From Methanobacteriota archaeon (GTDB lineage: Archaea > Methanobacteriota > Methanobacteria > Methanobacteriales > Methanobacteriaceae), in assembly GCA_963787255.1 (NCBI GenBank), contig CAWBCJ010000029.1:576001-640000 (forward strand): DNA of 64,000 nt. Reading direction: 5' to 3'. Positions within the stretch are counted from its first letter, which is position 1. Each line of letters opens with the position of its first letter. The notes beneath the pieces are model-generated. The model was not told the DNA's origin, made no database searches, and saw only the letters and a program-made list of their open reading frames with translations. This document shows positions 1 to 10,661 of the stretch, one piece after another. Both the position numbers and the translations under genes were made by a program.

Positions 1-2
1 AT

Positions 3-200
3 TTATTAGGCCCTCAAACAGTTGAAAAATTGATGGATGCTGGTATTGATGCAGTTTACACACTTGATGGTAGATTGGTAACTGAGGGTGTGGTATTAAA
101 TGATGAAAATAAATCAGTAAAGCCATGTCCCGTAAATGGAAAATGTATTCTTTTTGTTGATGATAGTGAAGGGATGCTCACTGCCATTAAACGAAATTAG
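3..200 (+). CDS. 3' end of a hypothetical protein (truncated by window edge)
   Basis: Open frame from base 3 (LLGPQTVEKLMDAGIDAVYTLDG...AIKRN) ending TAG at 198-200; convergent with fwdB. Confidence 0.6.
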   Translation, partial: LLGPQTVEKLMDAGIDAVYTLDGRLVTEGVVLNDENKSVKPCPVNGKCILFVDDSEGMLTAIKRN

Positions 201-383
201 ATTTATAAACAATATTTTTAATGTTTAAGTGCTATGGATCCGGAATAATAATGGCTATAGTTAATTATTCCGATGTTTATTTTTAGTTTACTCTTTTTCA
301 TTCAGCAAATACACATACTCGCTTGCAAAAATAATGATGAAACAATATTAAAATATAACATTGGACTATAAAAGTTAATTTTT

Positions 384-423
384 AAAAAAAAATAGAAATT
401 ATTAAGCCCAATAAGGGGCTTAA
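384..423 (-). terminator. Putative terminator of the fwd operon
   Basis: Inverted repeat TTAAGCCC(402-409)/GGGCTTAA(416-423) just after the fwdB stop, followed on the minus strand by a T9 run (384-392). Confidence 0.6.
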
Positions 424-429
424 ATGGGT

Positions 430-1728
430 TTATTTAGATGCCTGAAGTTCTTTAACTTTAGCTCTGATCCTTTCAAGGATTTGCTTGTCAGTTAAAAGAT
501 CTGAGTTAACGACTTTCCGCATTTTTATAGGCACACCTTCCATCCTATATGCAGTTCCCTCAGCTTCTAAACCTACAATTGCTGGCGGGATAATAATATC
601 TGCCATTTCAGTGGTTGGAGTTTTGTGAGGTTCAATTGCAATAACAGGAATCTCTGCCATTCTTTCCAGCGCTTTTTGAGGGAAATGAGCACCAGGGTCT
701 GATGCAATTACCATCATTGCGTCGGTTTCCTTGTTTTGAAGCAGATCATTTGCTCCTGTTTCACCAGGATTGTATCTTGGGTATCCCATTGAGAAATCAA
801 CACAGTATGGATATCCACTTTCCCATGTACATACCTGATTGAAACCTGTTACGTTGTAGTGACCTCTCATTGGAATTAGGTTCCATTTGGAGTATTCATT
901 AAGTTCCTGAGTTAAACATATTGCAGTGTCTATGTTCCTGTGTTTTCCTCGGCTGTGGGTTATACCCATTCCGAAGAAGAGGATACCAAAGTGGGCGTTT
1001 TTAAGCGCTTCTGCTACTTCATATATTTGTTCTCTTGGAATACCTGCTACTTCATCGTATAAGATATCTTTACCGCGTACAACGGTTCTTATGGCATCTA
1101 AGAGCTCGTAATCCTGGTCGTAATCTAACTGCAAGTGTATATCAGCTAATTTTGATGAATCTGATTTTCTTGGATCGACTACAATAAGGGTTCTGTCAGC
1201 TCTTCCTCTTTCTCTGAAGAATCCTCTTGAGAAAACGTTTCTTGATAAGTGTCTTGGGTGAGCGTGCATTGGGTTACATCCCCAGTATACAACAACGTCT
1301 GCTCGGTTTTTAACTTCACCAAAGGTACAGATTGGGTATCCCACATCTTGGAGACCGAGTACTGATGGTCCGTGGCATACTGATGCTGTGTTATCAATTA
1401 CAGCTCCTGTTTGTTCTGCTAAATCGACACCTACTGCCTGTGCGTCACAATCTGTACAGCTCCATCCGTACATTAGAGGCCTTTTTGCTTTTACAATCAC
1501 TTCAGCAGCTTTGTCGATTGCTTCATCGTAACTGACTTCTACAAATTCGCCGTTCTTTCTCATCAATGGTTTTTTCCATCTCATTGCACCTTCAGTGTGC
1601 ACAAATTTACTGTGCCCGATTCTACATGCGTTCATGGTACCTACAATTTTGTCATTTTCGACTTTACAGACGATATCATCACAAAGAGTACCGCAAAATG
1701 GGCATACAACATTTTTTACTAGTTCCAC
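430..1728 (-). CDS. fwdB: Tungsten formylmethanofuran dehydrogenase subunit B (Cys-type, not Sec)
   Basis: CPFCGTLCDD 4Fe-4S motif, DNTASVCHGPS metal-ligand Cys, PMRGHYNV; last gene of fwdHFGDACB order. Confidence 0.97.
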   Translation of the reverse strand: MELVKNVVCPFCGTLCDDIVCKVENDKIVGTMNACRIGHSKFVHTEGAMRWKKPLMRKNGEFVEVSYDEAIDKAAEVIVKAKRPLMYGWSCTDCDAQAVGVDLAEQTGAVIDNTASVCHGPSVLGLQDVGYPICTFGEVKNRADVVVYWGCNPMHAHPRHLSRNVFSRGFFRERGRADRTLIVVDPRKSDSSKLADIHLQLDYDQDYELLDAIRTVVRGKDILYDEVAGIPREQIYEVAEALKNAHFGILFFGMGITHSRGKHRNIDTAICLTQELNEYSKWNLIPMRGHYNVTGFNQVCTWESGYPYCVDFSMGYPRYNPGETGANDLLQNKETDAMMVIASDPGAHFPQKALERMAEIPVIAIEPHKTPTTEMADIIIPPAIVGLEAEGTAYRMEGVPIKMRKVVNSDLLTDKQILERIRAKVKELQASK

Positions 1729-1754
1729 AACTATTCCTCCTGTGTCGGGTAATC

Positions 1755-2567
1755 TTAAGGAGCGATATGTGCATTACCTCTAGTTGCAGCGTATACTAAT
1801 CCGCCGGCTCCTTTGGTTGCATTATCTCCTTTAAATTTGAAGAAATTACCTTCTATTACTTCTCCCTCTATATCTATGTCTTTTTCAACTCCGAGGAATT
1901 CGAATCCAGGTAAGAATTCGTCTATAATTCCTTTAACGACGATGGTACCACCTTTCATTTCTCCGCCGGTTCTGGCTTTGACGTTACCTTCTATTATTAT
2001 ATTTCCACCGTTCATGTGCACTCCAGGCATGATGGTGACGTTTCCTTTAACTATAAGTTTTCCACCGATCATGTATTCGCCTATTTCGTTACCTGCGTCA
2101 CCGTAGACTGTGAGTAAGCCTCCGCTCATTCCTCTCCAGTCACCACGGTAGGCTGATCCGACATAATCTCCGGCGTTACCCATTATGGTAAGTTCTCCGC
2201 CTTTCATATCTCTTCCAGCCCATGGACCTGCATTTCCTTCTACAGTGATCTTTCCACCTTGCATTTCGACACCAATGTACATACTAGTGTCTCCTTTGAT
2301 GACTATTTCACCGGTGGTCATGCCCTGTCCTATCCTTTTGGTGTTGTTTACATCTCCATCGATTATGATTTTTATTTCTGATGCATTATCACTGGATTCA
2401 CCTTCAACATCAAAGAAGTCAGACATAGGTACTTTTTTGTTACCGAACCAGATTTCTATATCTTTGATTTCATCAATGGTTTTACCTGCAAATGCGTCAG
2501 GAGTTATATTTTCTGCCTCTAGTGGTACTTGAGGCTGTGCTTTGGGTTTTAATATTATTTCACTCAT
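1755..2567 (-). CDS. fwdC: Formylmethanofuran dehydrogenase subunit C
   Basis: GXGXXMXGG beta-helix repeats; operon position. Confidence 0.97.
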   Translation of the reverse strand: MSEIILKPKAQPQVPLEAENITPDAFAGKTIDEIKDIEIWFGNKKVPMSDFFDVEGESSDNASEIKIIIDGDVNNTKRIGQGMTTGEIVIKGDTSMYIGVEMQGGKITVEGNAGPWAGRDMKGGELTIMGNAGDYVGSAYRGDWRGMSGGLLTVYGDAGNEIGEYMIGGKLIVKGNVTIMPGVHMNGGNIIIEGNVKARTGGEMKGGTIVVKGIIDEFLPGFEFLGVEKDIDIEGEVIEGNFFKFKGDNATKGAGGLVYAATRGNAHIAP

Positions 2568-4327
2568 TTAGATGCACCTTCAGCAGCTGATACGGATCCT
2601 GGAATTTTTTCATCCACGGAATCTCCAAGTAATGGTACTGATCTTGGAATATAGTTTTCCTGTACTGGGTAATTTTCGAAGTTTACTGAGTAGTACTGTC
2701 TGAACCATTTTTCAACGTCAACTAATACTTCTGCTTCTACTTCCGGTTTAAAGTGGGTGTTTATCCAATATGTTCTTCCATATTTGTTTGGGTTTACCAT
2801 GGTACCGTCTAAAACCACAACTTCTCCATCTTTAAGCACGCATGCAGCATTTGAAAATGCTTTTTCAACTGCCATGTACTCTGCAGATTGGTCTTGTGTT
2901 TCAGGGTTAAAGTCATATATTGCAATATCAGAGTCTGCACCGACTCCGAGGTGTCCTTTGGTGCCGCTTAAACCAAGTACTTTAGCCGGTGTAGCTCTTG
3001 TAACTTGAGCTATTTCGTATAATGAGTATTCACGGTCTAATGTGGCCACGCTGGTCTTGGTTTGAGCCCATTTGTGGAGTTCGTTTTCAATTAAGTTCAT
3101 TCTGTACTTGTTACTCATTAACCATGCCATAACTCTTGGATATCTGGTGAATGGTCCAGCATTTGGACTGTCTGTGGTCATACATATCTTACTTGCGTCT
3201 TTAGTAAGTAAGAATAGTTCCATACCAATTCCCCATTGTGATGCTGGAACTGGAGCTTTAGCTGCGTATATAAATGGAACTACACCTGATCCGGTTTCCA
3301 TTTCAACATCACAGTTAGCCCATTTAAGACCATTTAAGGAGTGTAAATCATATTCCATTGGACCGTCTGCAGTCATTGTGGTTGTTTCATCAAGAGTTAC
3401 TTGACCAACATCAATTATAATGTGGTCGTTTTTGTTTACGTAGTCTGCAACTTTAGGTGCTGCGGACTTGAAGTCTCTCCAGTTGGTTCCGTCGTAGGAG
3501 TGGAACTGAACGTGGGTAGCGTAAAGAACTTTGTCTCTGCTTCCGTATTTTGGAGTTGGTTTGATATTTTTAGGTACATCAAATGATGCTATGGTTGTTT
3601 CGTAGTTTCCTGGGTGTCCGAGGTCGTTACAGTGTAAGTGTATTGCATGTGGTAGTCCTAGCATTTCGTTTACTTCAGCTAGTCCTTTTATGATTTCTGC
3701 ACCTGTTACATCGAAGTATGGTACTGGATCGTTTATTCCGTGTACGTTTCCTCCCCATGCCCATGCTTCTGTACCTGCAGGGTTTACAATCTTTATTGCG
3801 TATCCTTTGGTGGCTCTTAGTAACCATGCGGAGTATGCTGCTGTTTTATCTATGTCACCATCTTTTAGGTAGTTCATTACAAACCAGTTGTTACCGAATA
3901 AGGGGTAAGCAGCGTGGTCAAGAATTGGCATATCATGGAATTCTTCGTGGGTGTGTCTTGCAAGTAATGGTGGCATAGCTGCTTCCATTGCGGTTGTGTA
4001 ACCCATTTGAGCGTATCTGTAACCGGTCATGAATGTTGATGGAACTGAGAAACCACTTCCAGCTCTCATACCGCCTCCTCTAGACATTACATCTTTTTTA
4101 CTGTCTTCTGGACGGTACATTCTTCCTACATTAACTTTTGCACCTGCAATGTGTGTGTGAGGATCGACACCTCCCGCCATTACGATTTTCCCAGAAGCGT
4201 CTATTACTTCCGCGTCATCACTAACGCTGTCCACTATTTTACCATCCTGTATACAGATGTCCATCTTGTCTCCATCGATGTTGTTTAGTGGATCATAAAC
4301 CATTCCGTTTTTTATAATCTTTTGCAT
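2564..4327 (-). CDS. fwdA: Formylmethanofuran dehydrogenase subunit A (amidohydrolase fold)
   Basis: GGVDPHTHIAG, HLHCNDLGHPGN, TTDSPNAGPF motifs. Confidence 0.97.
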   Translation of the reverse strand: MQKIIKNGMVYDPLNNIDGDKMDICIQDGKIVDSVSDDAEVIDASGKIVMAGGVDPHTHIAGAKVNVGRMYRPEDSKKDVMSRGGGMRAGSGFSVPSTFMTGYRYAQMGYTTAMEAAMPPLLARHTHEEFHDMPILDHAAYPLFGNNWFVMNYLKDGDIDKTAAYSAWLLRATKGYAIKIVNPAGTEAWAWGGNVHGINDPVPYFDVTGAEIIKGLAEVNEMLGLPHAIHLHCNDLGHPGNYETTIASFDVPKNIKPTPKYGSRDKVLYATHVQFHSYDGTNWRDFKSAAPKVADYVNKNDHIIIDVGQVTLDETTTMTADGPMEYDLHSLNGLKWANCDVEMETGSGVVPFIYAAKAPVPASQWGIGMELFLLTKDASKICMTTDSPNAGPFTRYPRVMAWLMSNKYRMNLIENELHKWAQTKTSVATLDREYSLYEIAQVTRATPAKVLGLSGTKGHLGVGADSDIAIYDFNPETQDQSAEYMAVEKAFSNAACVLKDGEVVVLDGTMVNPNKYGRTYWINTHFKPEVEAEVLVDVEKWFRQYYSVNFENYPVQENYIPRSVPLLGDSVDEKIPGSVSAAEGASK

Positions 4328-4345
4328 GAAAATCCTCCTTTGAGG

Positions 4346-4738
4346 TTATATCATCTGTGCCTTTTTATAAACCTTCATTAAGGTAGGCATGTCTAAAACG
4401 TCTTCTTCTGTTGGTGTGATTTCCACAGGAACGTTTTTGAAACTTGGTGTTGCTGTACTGTCAGTATTAGCACGTATAACTCTGTTTGCCCATGGACCCA
4501 TAGGTATGTATATCATTCCTTCAGGAAGGGTTTCATTGGTGGCTACAACTTTAACAATAACGTCTCCGTAATCAGAAACAACTTTTAGGCTTCCGCCAAC
4601 TTTTACACCTAACTCTTCCATCATTTTTTTGTCCATGTAGCATATGGCTGCAGCGTCAACGTACATTTGAAGATCTTTACCAGATTCTATAGCTTGACCC
4701 TGCCAGATTGTTCTTCCTGTGTTTAGTATGACTTTCAT
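4346..4738 (-). CDS. fwdD: Formylmethanofuran dehydrogenase subunit D
   Basis: LNTGRTIWQG, IPMGPWAN molybdopterin-dinucleotide-binding motifs. Confidence 0.96.
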   Translation of the reverse strand: MKVILNTGRTIWQGQAIESGKDLQMYVDAAAICYMDKKMMEELGVKVGGSLKVVSDYGDVIVKVVATNETLPEGMIYIPMGPWANRVIRANTDSTATPSFKNVPVEITPTEEDVLDMPTLMKVYKKAQMI

Positions 4739-4739
4739 T

Positions 4740-4985
4740 TTATACTTCCTCCAGTGTTATGGCGTTAACAGGGCATGCTTTAATGCATGTTGCACAATCT
4801 GTACATTCTTTTAGCTGTTTTATTTGGACAGCTCCGTCTTCTACGATTATGACGGGGTTAACGTCTTCTTGTGGGCCTTTCCCACCTGCAATTTCTGTAC
4901 TTTTGGAAGCATTTACTGGGCATGCAATGACGCAATTACCGCATCCGTGGCATAGTTCTCTGTGTACTACTAATTGGTAGGCCAT
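4740..4985 (-). CDS. fwdG: Formylmethanofuran dehydrogenase subunit G (2x[4Fe-4S])
   Basis: Two CxxCxxCxxxCP motifs, GGKGP; operon position. Confidence 0.93.
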   Translation of the reverse strand: MAYQLVVHRELCHGCGNCVIACPVNASKSTEIAGGKGPQEDVNPVIIVEDGAVQIKQLKECTDCATCIKACPVNAITLEEV

Positions 4986-6098
4986 CTATTTACCCTCCGA
5001 TTTGGCTTTCGCTTTCGCACTGCTCTTTGTCGCTGATTTTTGATCTGAAAATTTGAGTGATTCCACTGCTTTTTGCCATGCTTTTGATTTTGTTGGTGTG
5101 ATGTTCACGCCAGTTCTTTTAACTTCAATGGCAGATGTAGGACACGCATTTTCACATGCTCCGCAGTATATGCAGTATTTTTCGTCTTTGTGTAACCTTT
5201 CAGCTATTTTACCGGATTCAGAAGACTCTGGGAATGATAGTACGTTACATGGACATACTTCAACACATGTTTCGCATCCCTGGCATGCTTCCTGGTTTAT
5301 GGTTATTTCACCTTCAAATGGTTTTTCAACTTCGATGACGTCTTTAGGACAGATTTCTTGGCACCATCCGCAGTTAACACATGCTTCTTCGTCTATTACT
5401 AAGTTACCTTTAACTTCTGCTTCTTCGATTTCGTATTCGCCGTAAGGACAGGCTTTACATATGACTTTTATAGCGTCAACAGGACATACTCGCTTACATA
5501 CGCCGCAGTATACACATGCATCTTTGTCTACTACTATATCTGATGCTATTTCAGGATTTGCAGATGTTGGAATTTGTTCTTCTAGGTATATTGCGTCTGC
5601 AGGACACATTTCTTCACACATTCCGCATGAAACACATGCGTCCTTGTCTACTTCTATTTCACCAGTTACAAGTTTTGCTCTTTCTGGTAATTCCCTTATA
5701 ACCTTAATTGCGTCTTGTGGACATGCTATATCGCAGGCACCACAGTATATACAGTTTTCTTCTTCAGGGGTGATGGATTTAATTAGTCTTGGGTATTCTT
5801 CCATTTCCTTGATAGGTTTGCCGTCTATTGTAAAGTCTATTGCCTCTACAGGGCATCCTACGCTACACATACCACAAAGTACACATTTATCTTCGTTTAT
5901 ATCGATTTTTGAAGTATCAATTTTGTCTCTTACAATTGCGCCTATTGGACCAAGTTCGATTGCATCCACAGGGCATATTTGTTCACATATTCCACATCCG
6001 ATACATGTCTCATTTTCAAAGGAAAGTTCCCTGTTTTCTTCGGCTTCCCGTTTAATTGAGATGTTCTTTTCTTCTGCGGTTTTTTTATTTGCTACCAT
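4986..6098 (-). CDS. fwdF: Formylmethanofuran dehydrogenase subunit F (polyferredoxin)
   Basis: Eight CxxCxxCxxxCP motifs counted; operon position. Confidence 0.95.
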   Translation of the reverse strand: MVANKKTAEEKNISIKREAEENRELSFENETCIGCGICEQICPVDAIELGPIGAIVRDKIDTSKIDINEDKCVLCGMCSVGCPVEAIDFTIDGKPIKEMEEYPRLIKSITPEEENCIYCGACDIACPQDAIKVIRELPERAKLVTGEIEVDKDACVSCGMCEEMCPADAIYLEEQIPTSANPEIASDIVVDKDACVYCGVCKRVCPVDAIKVICKACPYGEYEIEEAEVKGNLVIDEEACVNCGWCQEICPKDVIEVEKPFEGEITINQEACQGCETCVEVCPCNVLSFPESSESGKIAERLHKDEKYCIYCGACENACPTSAIEVKRTGVNITPTKSKAWQKAVESLKFSDQKSATKSSAKAKAKSEGK

Positions 6099-6549
6099 TT
6101 TTTACCTCCAAAATTTCAATTGAGGTGGTTGGACAACTTGATTCACACATACGGCATCCGCAACACCAGTTGGGATCTATCTGTGCTTTAAGGTTGTTTA
6201 ACTCTACAGCTTTCATTAAGCATGTATCTACACAAAGTCCACAGCCAATGCATCCATCTTTTATGATGGGGTTAAATTGACTTTCCATAATTGTTTTTAT
6301 TATTATCCTTGTCTTTTGACTGTCTTTTGTAAGTGCATAAGTCATTTTCAAAAAATCTTCAGGACATAGGTTACTTATGGTTTCAGCAATTTCAATGGAG
6401 TCCCAGGATATGTTTCTGCCGTTAATGTAATGAGAAACTGTCAATCGGTCCATTCCAAGAGCTTCAGCTATCTCCTTTTGAAGATAACCTTCTTCTCTTA
6501 GTTTGATTGCTGCTAGATAATTTAACCCTGAGATGATATGTTTAGGCAT
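6085..6549 (-). CDS. fwdH: FwdH: N-terminal helix-turn-helix plus C-terminal 2x[4Fe-4S] domain
   Basis: [24 protein letters not shown]; [11 protein letters not shown] and [12 protein letters not shown]; first gene of the operon. Confidence 0.88.
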   Translation of the reverse strand: MPKHIISGLNYLAAIKLREEGYLQKEIAEALGMDRLTVSHYINGRNISWDSIEIAETISNLCPEDFLKMTYALTKDSQKTRIIIKTIMESQFNPIIKDGCIGCGLCVDTCLMKAVELNNLKAQIDPNWCCGCRMCESSCPTTSIEILEVKNGSK

Positions 6550-6560
6550 GAACTCACCAT

Positions 6561-6703
6561 GTGTATTAATTACACCTTTCTTGATATCTATATATATACA
6601 TTTTTACTAAAATCAAATAGAAAGGCTTAAATATTAAAGTGTATTATCCACACTTCCACAATCTTTCTTGTGTTACTTCACTCTAAATGTGTATTAACAA
6701 CAT
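6561..6703. promoter_or_regulatory. fwd promoter region with three 15-bp imperfect palindromes (GTGTATTAnnnACAC/T)
   Basis: GTGTATTAATTACAC 6561-6575, GTGTATTATCCACAC 6639-6653, GTGTATTAACAACAT 6689-6703; TATA-like TATATATA run at about 6589-6598. Confidence 0.65.
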
Positions 6704-6816
6704 AAACAAAAAAAATAAAATTTAATGCAACAAATTCTTTTAAACATAAAACAGGATAAAAAAACACAAAATAAAATATATTAGTTAATAAAATTGATTT
6801 AATATATTAAATCAAA

Positions 6817-7095
6817 TTATTCGTCTTTAGCTTCAAGGGTGCATTTTTTATCTTCACATTCGTGTTCAACCTCAATAATAAAATCTTTGGATTTTTCTAA
6901 ATCAATGCAGGTTAACCCTTTAATTGTTTCGCCTTGCACTTCAAGTTGAATAATCCCATCATTGTTGGTTATTACTCTACCTGGAATATAACATCTTCCA
7001 AGAGATAATCTTATAATATCTCCAGGTTTAACTTCTTTTTCCACATATTCGCATATTTCATCACAGCTTACGCAAACATTTTCCTCTTTTTTCAA
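6817..7095 (-). CDS. Conserved methanogen hypothetical protein (DUF2097-like)
   Basis: VKPGDIIRLSLGRCYIPG pattern; probable TTG start at 7095 behind a GGTGAT RBS. Confidence 0.7.
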   Translation of the reverse strand: MKKEENVCVSCDEICEYVEKEVKPGDIIRLSLGRCYIPGRVITNNDGIIQLEVQGETIKGLTCIDLEKSKDFIIEVEHECEDKKCTLEAKDE

Positions 7096-7315
7096 GATAT
7101 CACCTATTGAAATTGGATACTGTAATTTATTGTTTTTCATGATTAAAAAACATACTATAAATTTCAAAAATTAACTTTTAAATCATCATTAACTTTTTTA
7201 GATATTTAGATTGCCTTTTCATAGCTTCACACTTTTAGACAATTCATCTTCTAAATCATTAAAATTAAAAATTTTTGGAAAAAAAACAATAATATCTAGG
7301 TGATAATAAATTATT

Positions 7316-9028
7316 TTAGAATTCTTCCATTTCTTCCAATTTCATTAAACTTTCAACAGCTTTAACCTCAACAGGAATACCCTCTTCCATAATAGCTGCT
7401 ATGGGATTTAAACCACCAGGAGTCACAATACCTACATGATATCTTTCTATTTTGGCATTATAAACAAGTTCACTGGGTTCTCCAATTTTAAGTACTGAAA
7501 AACCTGAATCCCTAATTTTTTCTATAACTTCAATAGCCTTAGGGCGGGCAAGATATGGAATTTCCCTTAAACTTGCAAGAATCCTTCCAGTTCCGTTTAG
7601 GGTGTCTAGAACTGATGTCATATTCTTTGAAATGTAAATTTCGTGTGGATCAAGAGATGAACCACTATATGCGGTTAATTCTACAAAACGAGGGTTTTTT
7701 TCTTCAATTTCGAGAATTCCTCCGTATCGGGGAGTTGTTAAAATTTCATTCTTGGTTAATATTCCATCCACGGTAAAACTGCATACTGTTGCAATTCCTG
7801 TCCTATTCCCGTCTGAATGTGGCAGTATTTTATAAAATTTACTTGTACAGTATTCGGGTCTGGAACGGAAGACATTGTCAATGATTTCAAGCGCATCATC
7901 AAGGTTGTCGTTATTTATGTAGGAAACATTTACAATAACTTTGCCCTTATGGGATTCTACATCTAAATCAACATTGTATATTAGGTTCCATGCCTTTGAA
8001 AGTAAAAATTTGACTTTTTCACTGGTTTCAGGGCCGGTTGTCTTTAATACAGGCTTTGTAGAAGTTAATTTATCCATTTCTTGAAATTCCATTATATTTT
8101 CTGCTAATTTAATGTTAACATCGCATCCTGCTTCTTTTGCAGCGCAAAGTGGGGCTATTCCCCCTGTTATTGCAATACCTACCATGTCATCATCTACAGG
8201 AATGCCTAAAACGGATTCTCCACTTTCACCAATCTTTAAAAGTCCGGAGACACTTATTTTTTGAAGCTGCTGGAATAATTTAACAGCACTATCCCTAGCT
8301 GCAGCTGGAATTATCCTGAAATTTGCAGGAATCATCCCATCACCTTCTCTTGCTACTTTAAGGACTGAAGTCATTTGTTTTGCAGTAAATGCTTCAAGGG
8401 GAGTCATGGATGTATGTTTATATGCTATAAGTTCGGTAAATCTAATTGGAACGTAATCTTCAACTTTTATTAGGCCTCCATACTGGGGAATTACTGGTAT
8501 TCCTTCTCTTAAAAGCATTCCGTCTATTGTAGTTCCGCAAATAGTGTCTAATCTAACTTCATTTTGGCCCGATGCATTTGCATTGTCTGATTCTATTTTA
8601 GAAAGTTTAACGTAGGGGCTTACTGCAATGTTTTTTCCAAAAACTTCTTTAATTATGTCAATAACCTTTTCATCGTAAATAAATCCGGATGTATTCACAA
8701 CAACAGTTCCTTTACCGTTTCGTGGGTTTAAAGAAGTTTGATATATCATTCCTTCAAATTTAGAGAAAGCAAAATCAACTTGATCATAAATAAGTCCTTT
8801 TTCAAGTTCTTTTAATCCCTTTTCTGTAATTTCTCTACCTGCGTATCCGATACGTTCTGTAAATCCTTTTTCATCCAGTATACGCATGTGATATCGCACT
8901 GCACGCTCTCCAAGATTATAACCTTTACGTTTTAATTCTTCTGCAATTGTCTTTGCACCTAGTACTTTATCTTGGTCTGCAAGTATTCTCAGGATTTCTA
9001 TCATTTTACGATCGGTTTCATCAGGCAT
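7316..9028 (-). CDS. nrpR: Global nitrogen repressor NrpR (wHTH plus two NRD/DUF128 domains)
   Basis: GERAVRYHMRILDEKG wHTH; duplicated YGG..RFxELxAY and GGxxPxxAxxE motifs; adjacent to glnA. Confidence 0.93.
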   Translation of the reverse strand: MPDETDRKMIEILRILADQDKVLGAKTIAEELKRKGYNLGERAVRYHMRILDEKGFTERIGYAGREITEKGLKELEKGLIYDQVDFAFSKFEGMIYQTSLNPRNGKGTVVVNTSGFIYDEKVIDIIKEVFGKNIAVSPYVKLSKIESDNANASGQNEVRLDTICGTTIDGMLLREGIPVIPQYGGLIKVEDYVPIRFTELIAYKHTSMTPLEAFTAKQMTSVLKVAREGDGMIPANFRIIPAAARDSAVKLFQQLQKISVSGLLKIGESGESVLGIPVDDDMVGIAITGGIAPLCAAKEAGCDVNIKLAENIMEFQEMDKLTSTKPVLKTTGPETSEKVKFLLSKAWNLIYNVDLDVESHKGKVIVNVSYINNDNLDDALEIIDNVFRSRPEYCTSKFYKILPHSDGNRTGIATVCSFTVDGILTKNEILTTPRYGGILEIEEKNPRFVELTAYSGSSLDPHEIYISKNMTSVLDTLNGTGRILASLREIPYLARPKAIEVIEKIRDSGFSVLKIGEPSELVYNAKIERYHVGIVTPGGLNPIAAIMEEGIPVEVKAVESLMKLEEMEEF

Positions 9029-9113
9029 TTCTTCACCATTAATTTGAATTGTAATGTTATTATTATATTGTAAAAATTAAAATAAAAACCTTTCAATAAA
9101 TTTAAAGAAAAAA

Positions 9114-9165
9114 GCCCTCAAACACAAAAGTGTTTGGGGCACTGAAAATCAAAGATTTTCAAGTG
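9114..9165. terminator. Tandem hairpins between glnA and nrpR
   Basis: GCCCTCAAACAC-AAAA-GTGTTTGGGGC and TGAAAATC-AAA-GATTTTCA, followed by T-tracts on the minus strand. Confidence 0.55.
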
Positions 9166-9180
9166 ATGAAAAACGGGGAA

Positions 9181-10509
9181 TTAGATGTATAAGTATTTCT
9201 CTAATTCGTAATCGAATACTTGTATTCTGTAGTCATCCCATTCTTTTTTCTTAATATCCCTAAATTGAGTGTATATGTGGTCACCTAAAGTGGATTTTAC
9301 TATTTCATCCTTTTCAAGTGCGTGATATGCTTCCCATAGACTGGATGGTAAAGTGCTTATACCCATTTCTGCAAGTTCTTCGATGCTTTTTCCGAAAACA
9401 TCGATTTCTGTTGGTTCTCCAGGGTCAATTTTGTTTTTCATACCGTCTAAACCAGCTTCTAACATGGCAGCAAAGGCCAGGTAAGGGTTACATGATGGGT
9501 CAGGCATTCTTAATTCCACACGAGTACCGTTTCCACGGGATGCAGGGATCCTAACAAGGGTTGACCTATTTTTAAGACCGTAAGCCACATATACTGGAGC
9601 TTCGTATCCAGGTACTAAACGCTTGTATGAGTTAACAGTAGGAGCACAAACTGCTGTTAGGGCTGGAGAGTGCTTTAAGAGACCGCCCATGAAGAACATT
9701 GCTTCTTCAGATAATTGTGTTGGGGTATCAGGGTCGTAGAAAACGTTTTTACCGTTTTTAAATAAAGACTGGTGACAGTGCATTCCGCTTCCGTTTTCTC
9801 CAAAGAATGGTTTTGGCATGAATGTTACTATGTATCCCATATTGTCTACAATTGCTTTTATAGCTTGTTTAAATGTAATTACCGCATCAGCAGTCTTTAA
9901 CGCATGATCAAACTTGAAATCAATTTCATGCTGACCTGGTGCCACTTCATGGTGGCTGACTTCCACGTCAAAGTCTAAAGCTTCAAGATCCATGACAAGT
10001 TGTCTTCTTATATCGGTACCTTGGTCTACAGGCTCTACATCGAAATAAACACCGTTATCATGAGGAATTAAGCGTCCCTCTTCATCTTGATCCATTATGA
10101 AGAATTCTGGCTCAGGGCCGACGTTGTATTCATATCCTGCTTTTTCCGCTTTTTTCAATGCTTTTTTAAGCATGTATCTTGGGTCACCTTCATAAGGCTT
10201 TCCTTCTGGCCAGTATATATCACAGATAAATCTGCAAACACCTTGTTCTTCAGGCCTCCATGGGAGAGCTGAAAAAGTATCAGGGTCTGGTTTTAAGATC
10301 AGGTCACTGTTGTTAATATCTGCAAATCCTTCAACAGAGGAACCGTCGAATAAAAGACCGTCTTTTATTATATCTTCAATTTGATCTGGTTTGTTTAACG
10401 GAATTGCCATGTTTTTTGGAGTTCCGTGTATGTCTACAAACTGCAGCCTTACAAACTTTGTGCCGCACTTTTCAATATTTTCAATAACTTGTCCTATTTT
10501 GTCTGACAT
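9181..10509 (-). CDS. glnA: Glutamine synthetase type I
   Basis: [52 protein letters not shown]. Confidence 0.98.
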   Translation of the reverse strand: MSDKIGQVIENIEKCGTKFVRLQFVDIHGTPKNMAIPLNKPDQIEDIIKDGLLFDGSSVEGFADINNSDLILKPDPDTFSALPWRPEEQGVCRFICDIYWPEGKPYEGDPRYMLKKALKKAEKAGYEYNVGPEPEFFIMDQDEEGRLIPHDNGVYFDVEPVDQGTDIRRQLVMDLEALDFDVEVSHHEVAPGQHEIDFKFDHALKTADAVITFKQAIKAIVDNMGYIVTFMPKPFFGENGSGMHCHQSLFKNGKNVFYDPDTPTQLSEEAMFFMGGLLKHSPALTAVCAPTVNSYKRLVPGYEAPVYVAYGLKNRSTLVRIPASRGNGTRVELRMPDPSCNPYLAFAAMLEAGLDGMKNKIDPGEPTEIDVFGKSIEELAEMGISTLPSSLWEAYHALEKDEIVKSTLGDHIYTQFRDIKKKEWDDYRIQVFDYELEKYLYI

Positions 10510-10547
10510 TGTTTACCTCCATAGTAAAATTAGAGTAAATGTACACC

Positions 10548-10578
10548 GGAAAGAGATTTCCTTTTACTGGTATATAAA
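10548..10578 (-). promoter_or_regulatory. glnA promoter with NrpR operator GGAA-N6-TTCC
   Basis: GGAA-AGAGAT-TTCC at 10548-10561, lying just downstream of the minus-strand TATA box TTTATATA (10571-10578). Confidence 0.88.
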
Positions 10579-10661
10579 TGTTTCCAAACAGATTTCAAAA
10601 GAAATTAGAATAGTTCAATTAATAACAAGCAATGCTTAGAATTTAGTTTAAAGGTAAAGAA

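Noticed and set aside
430-1728. Selenocysteine-type FwuB
   Set aside because: The ligand position is a Cys codon (VCHG) and there is no in-frame TGA
926-6280. Numerous antisense ORFs over fwd genes (and similar ones such as 43520-44218, 30838-31155)
   Set aside because: Shadow frames of well-supported genes, with no RBS or motifs
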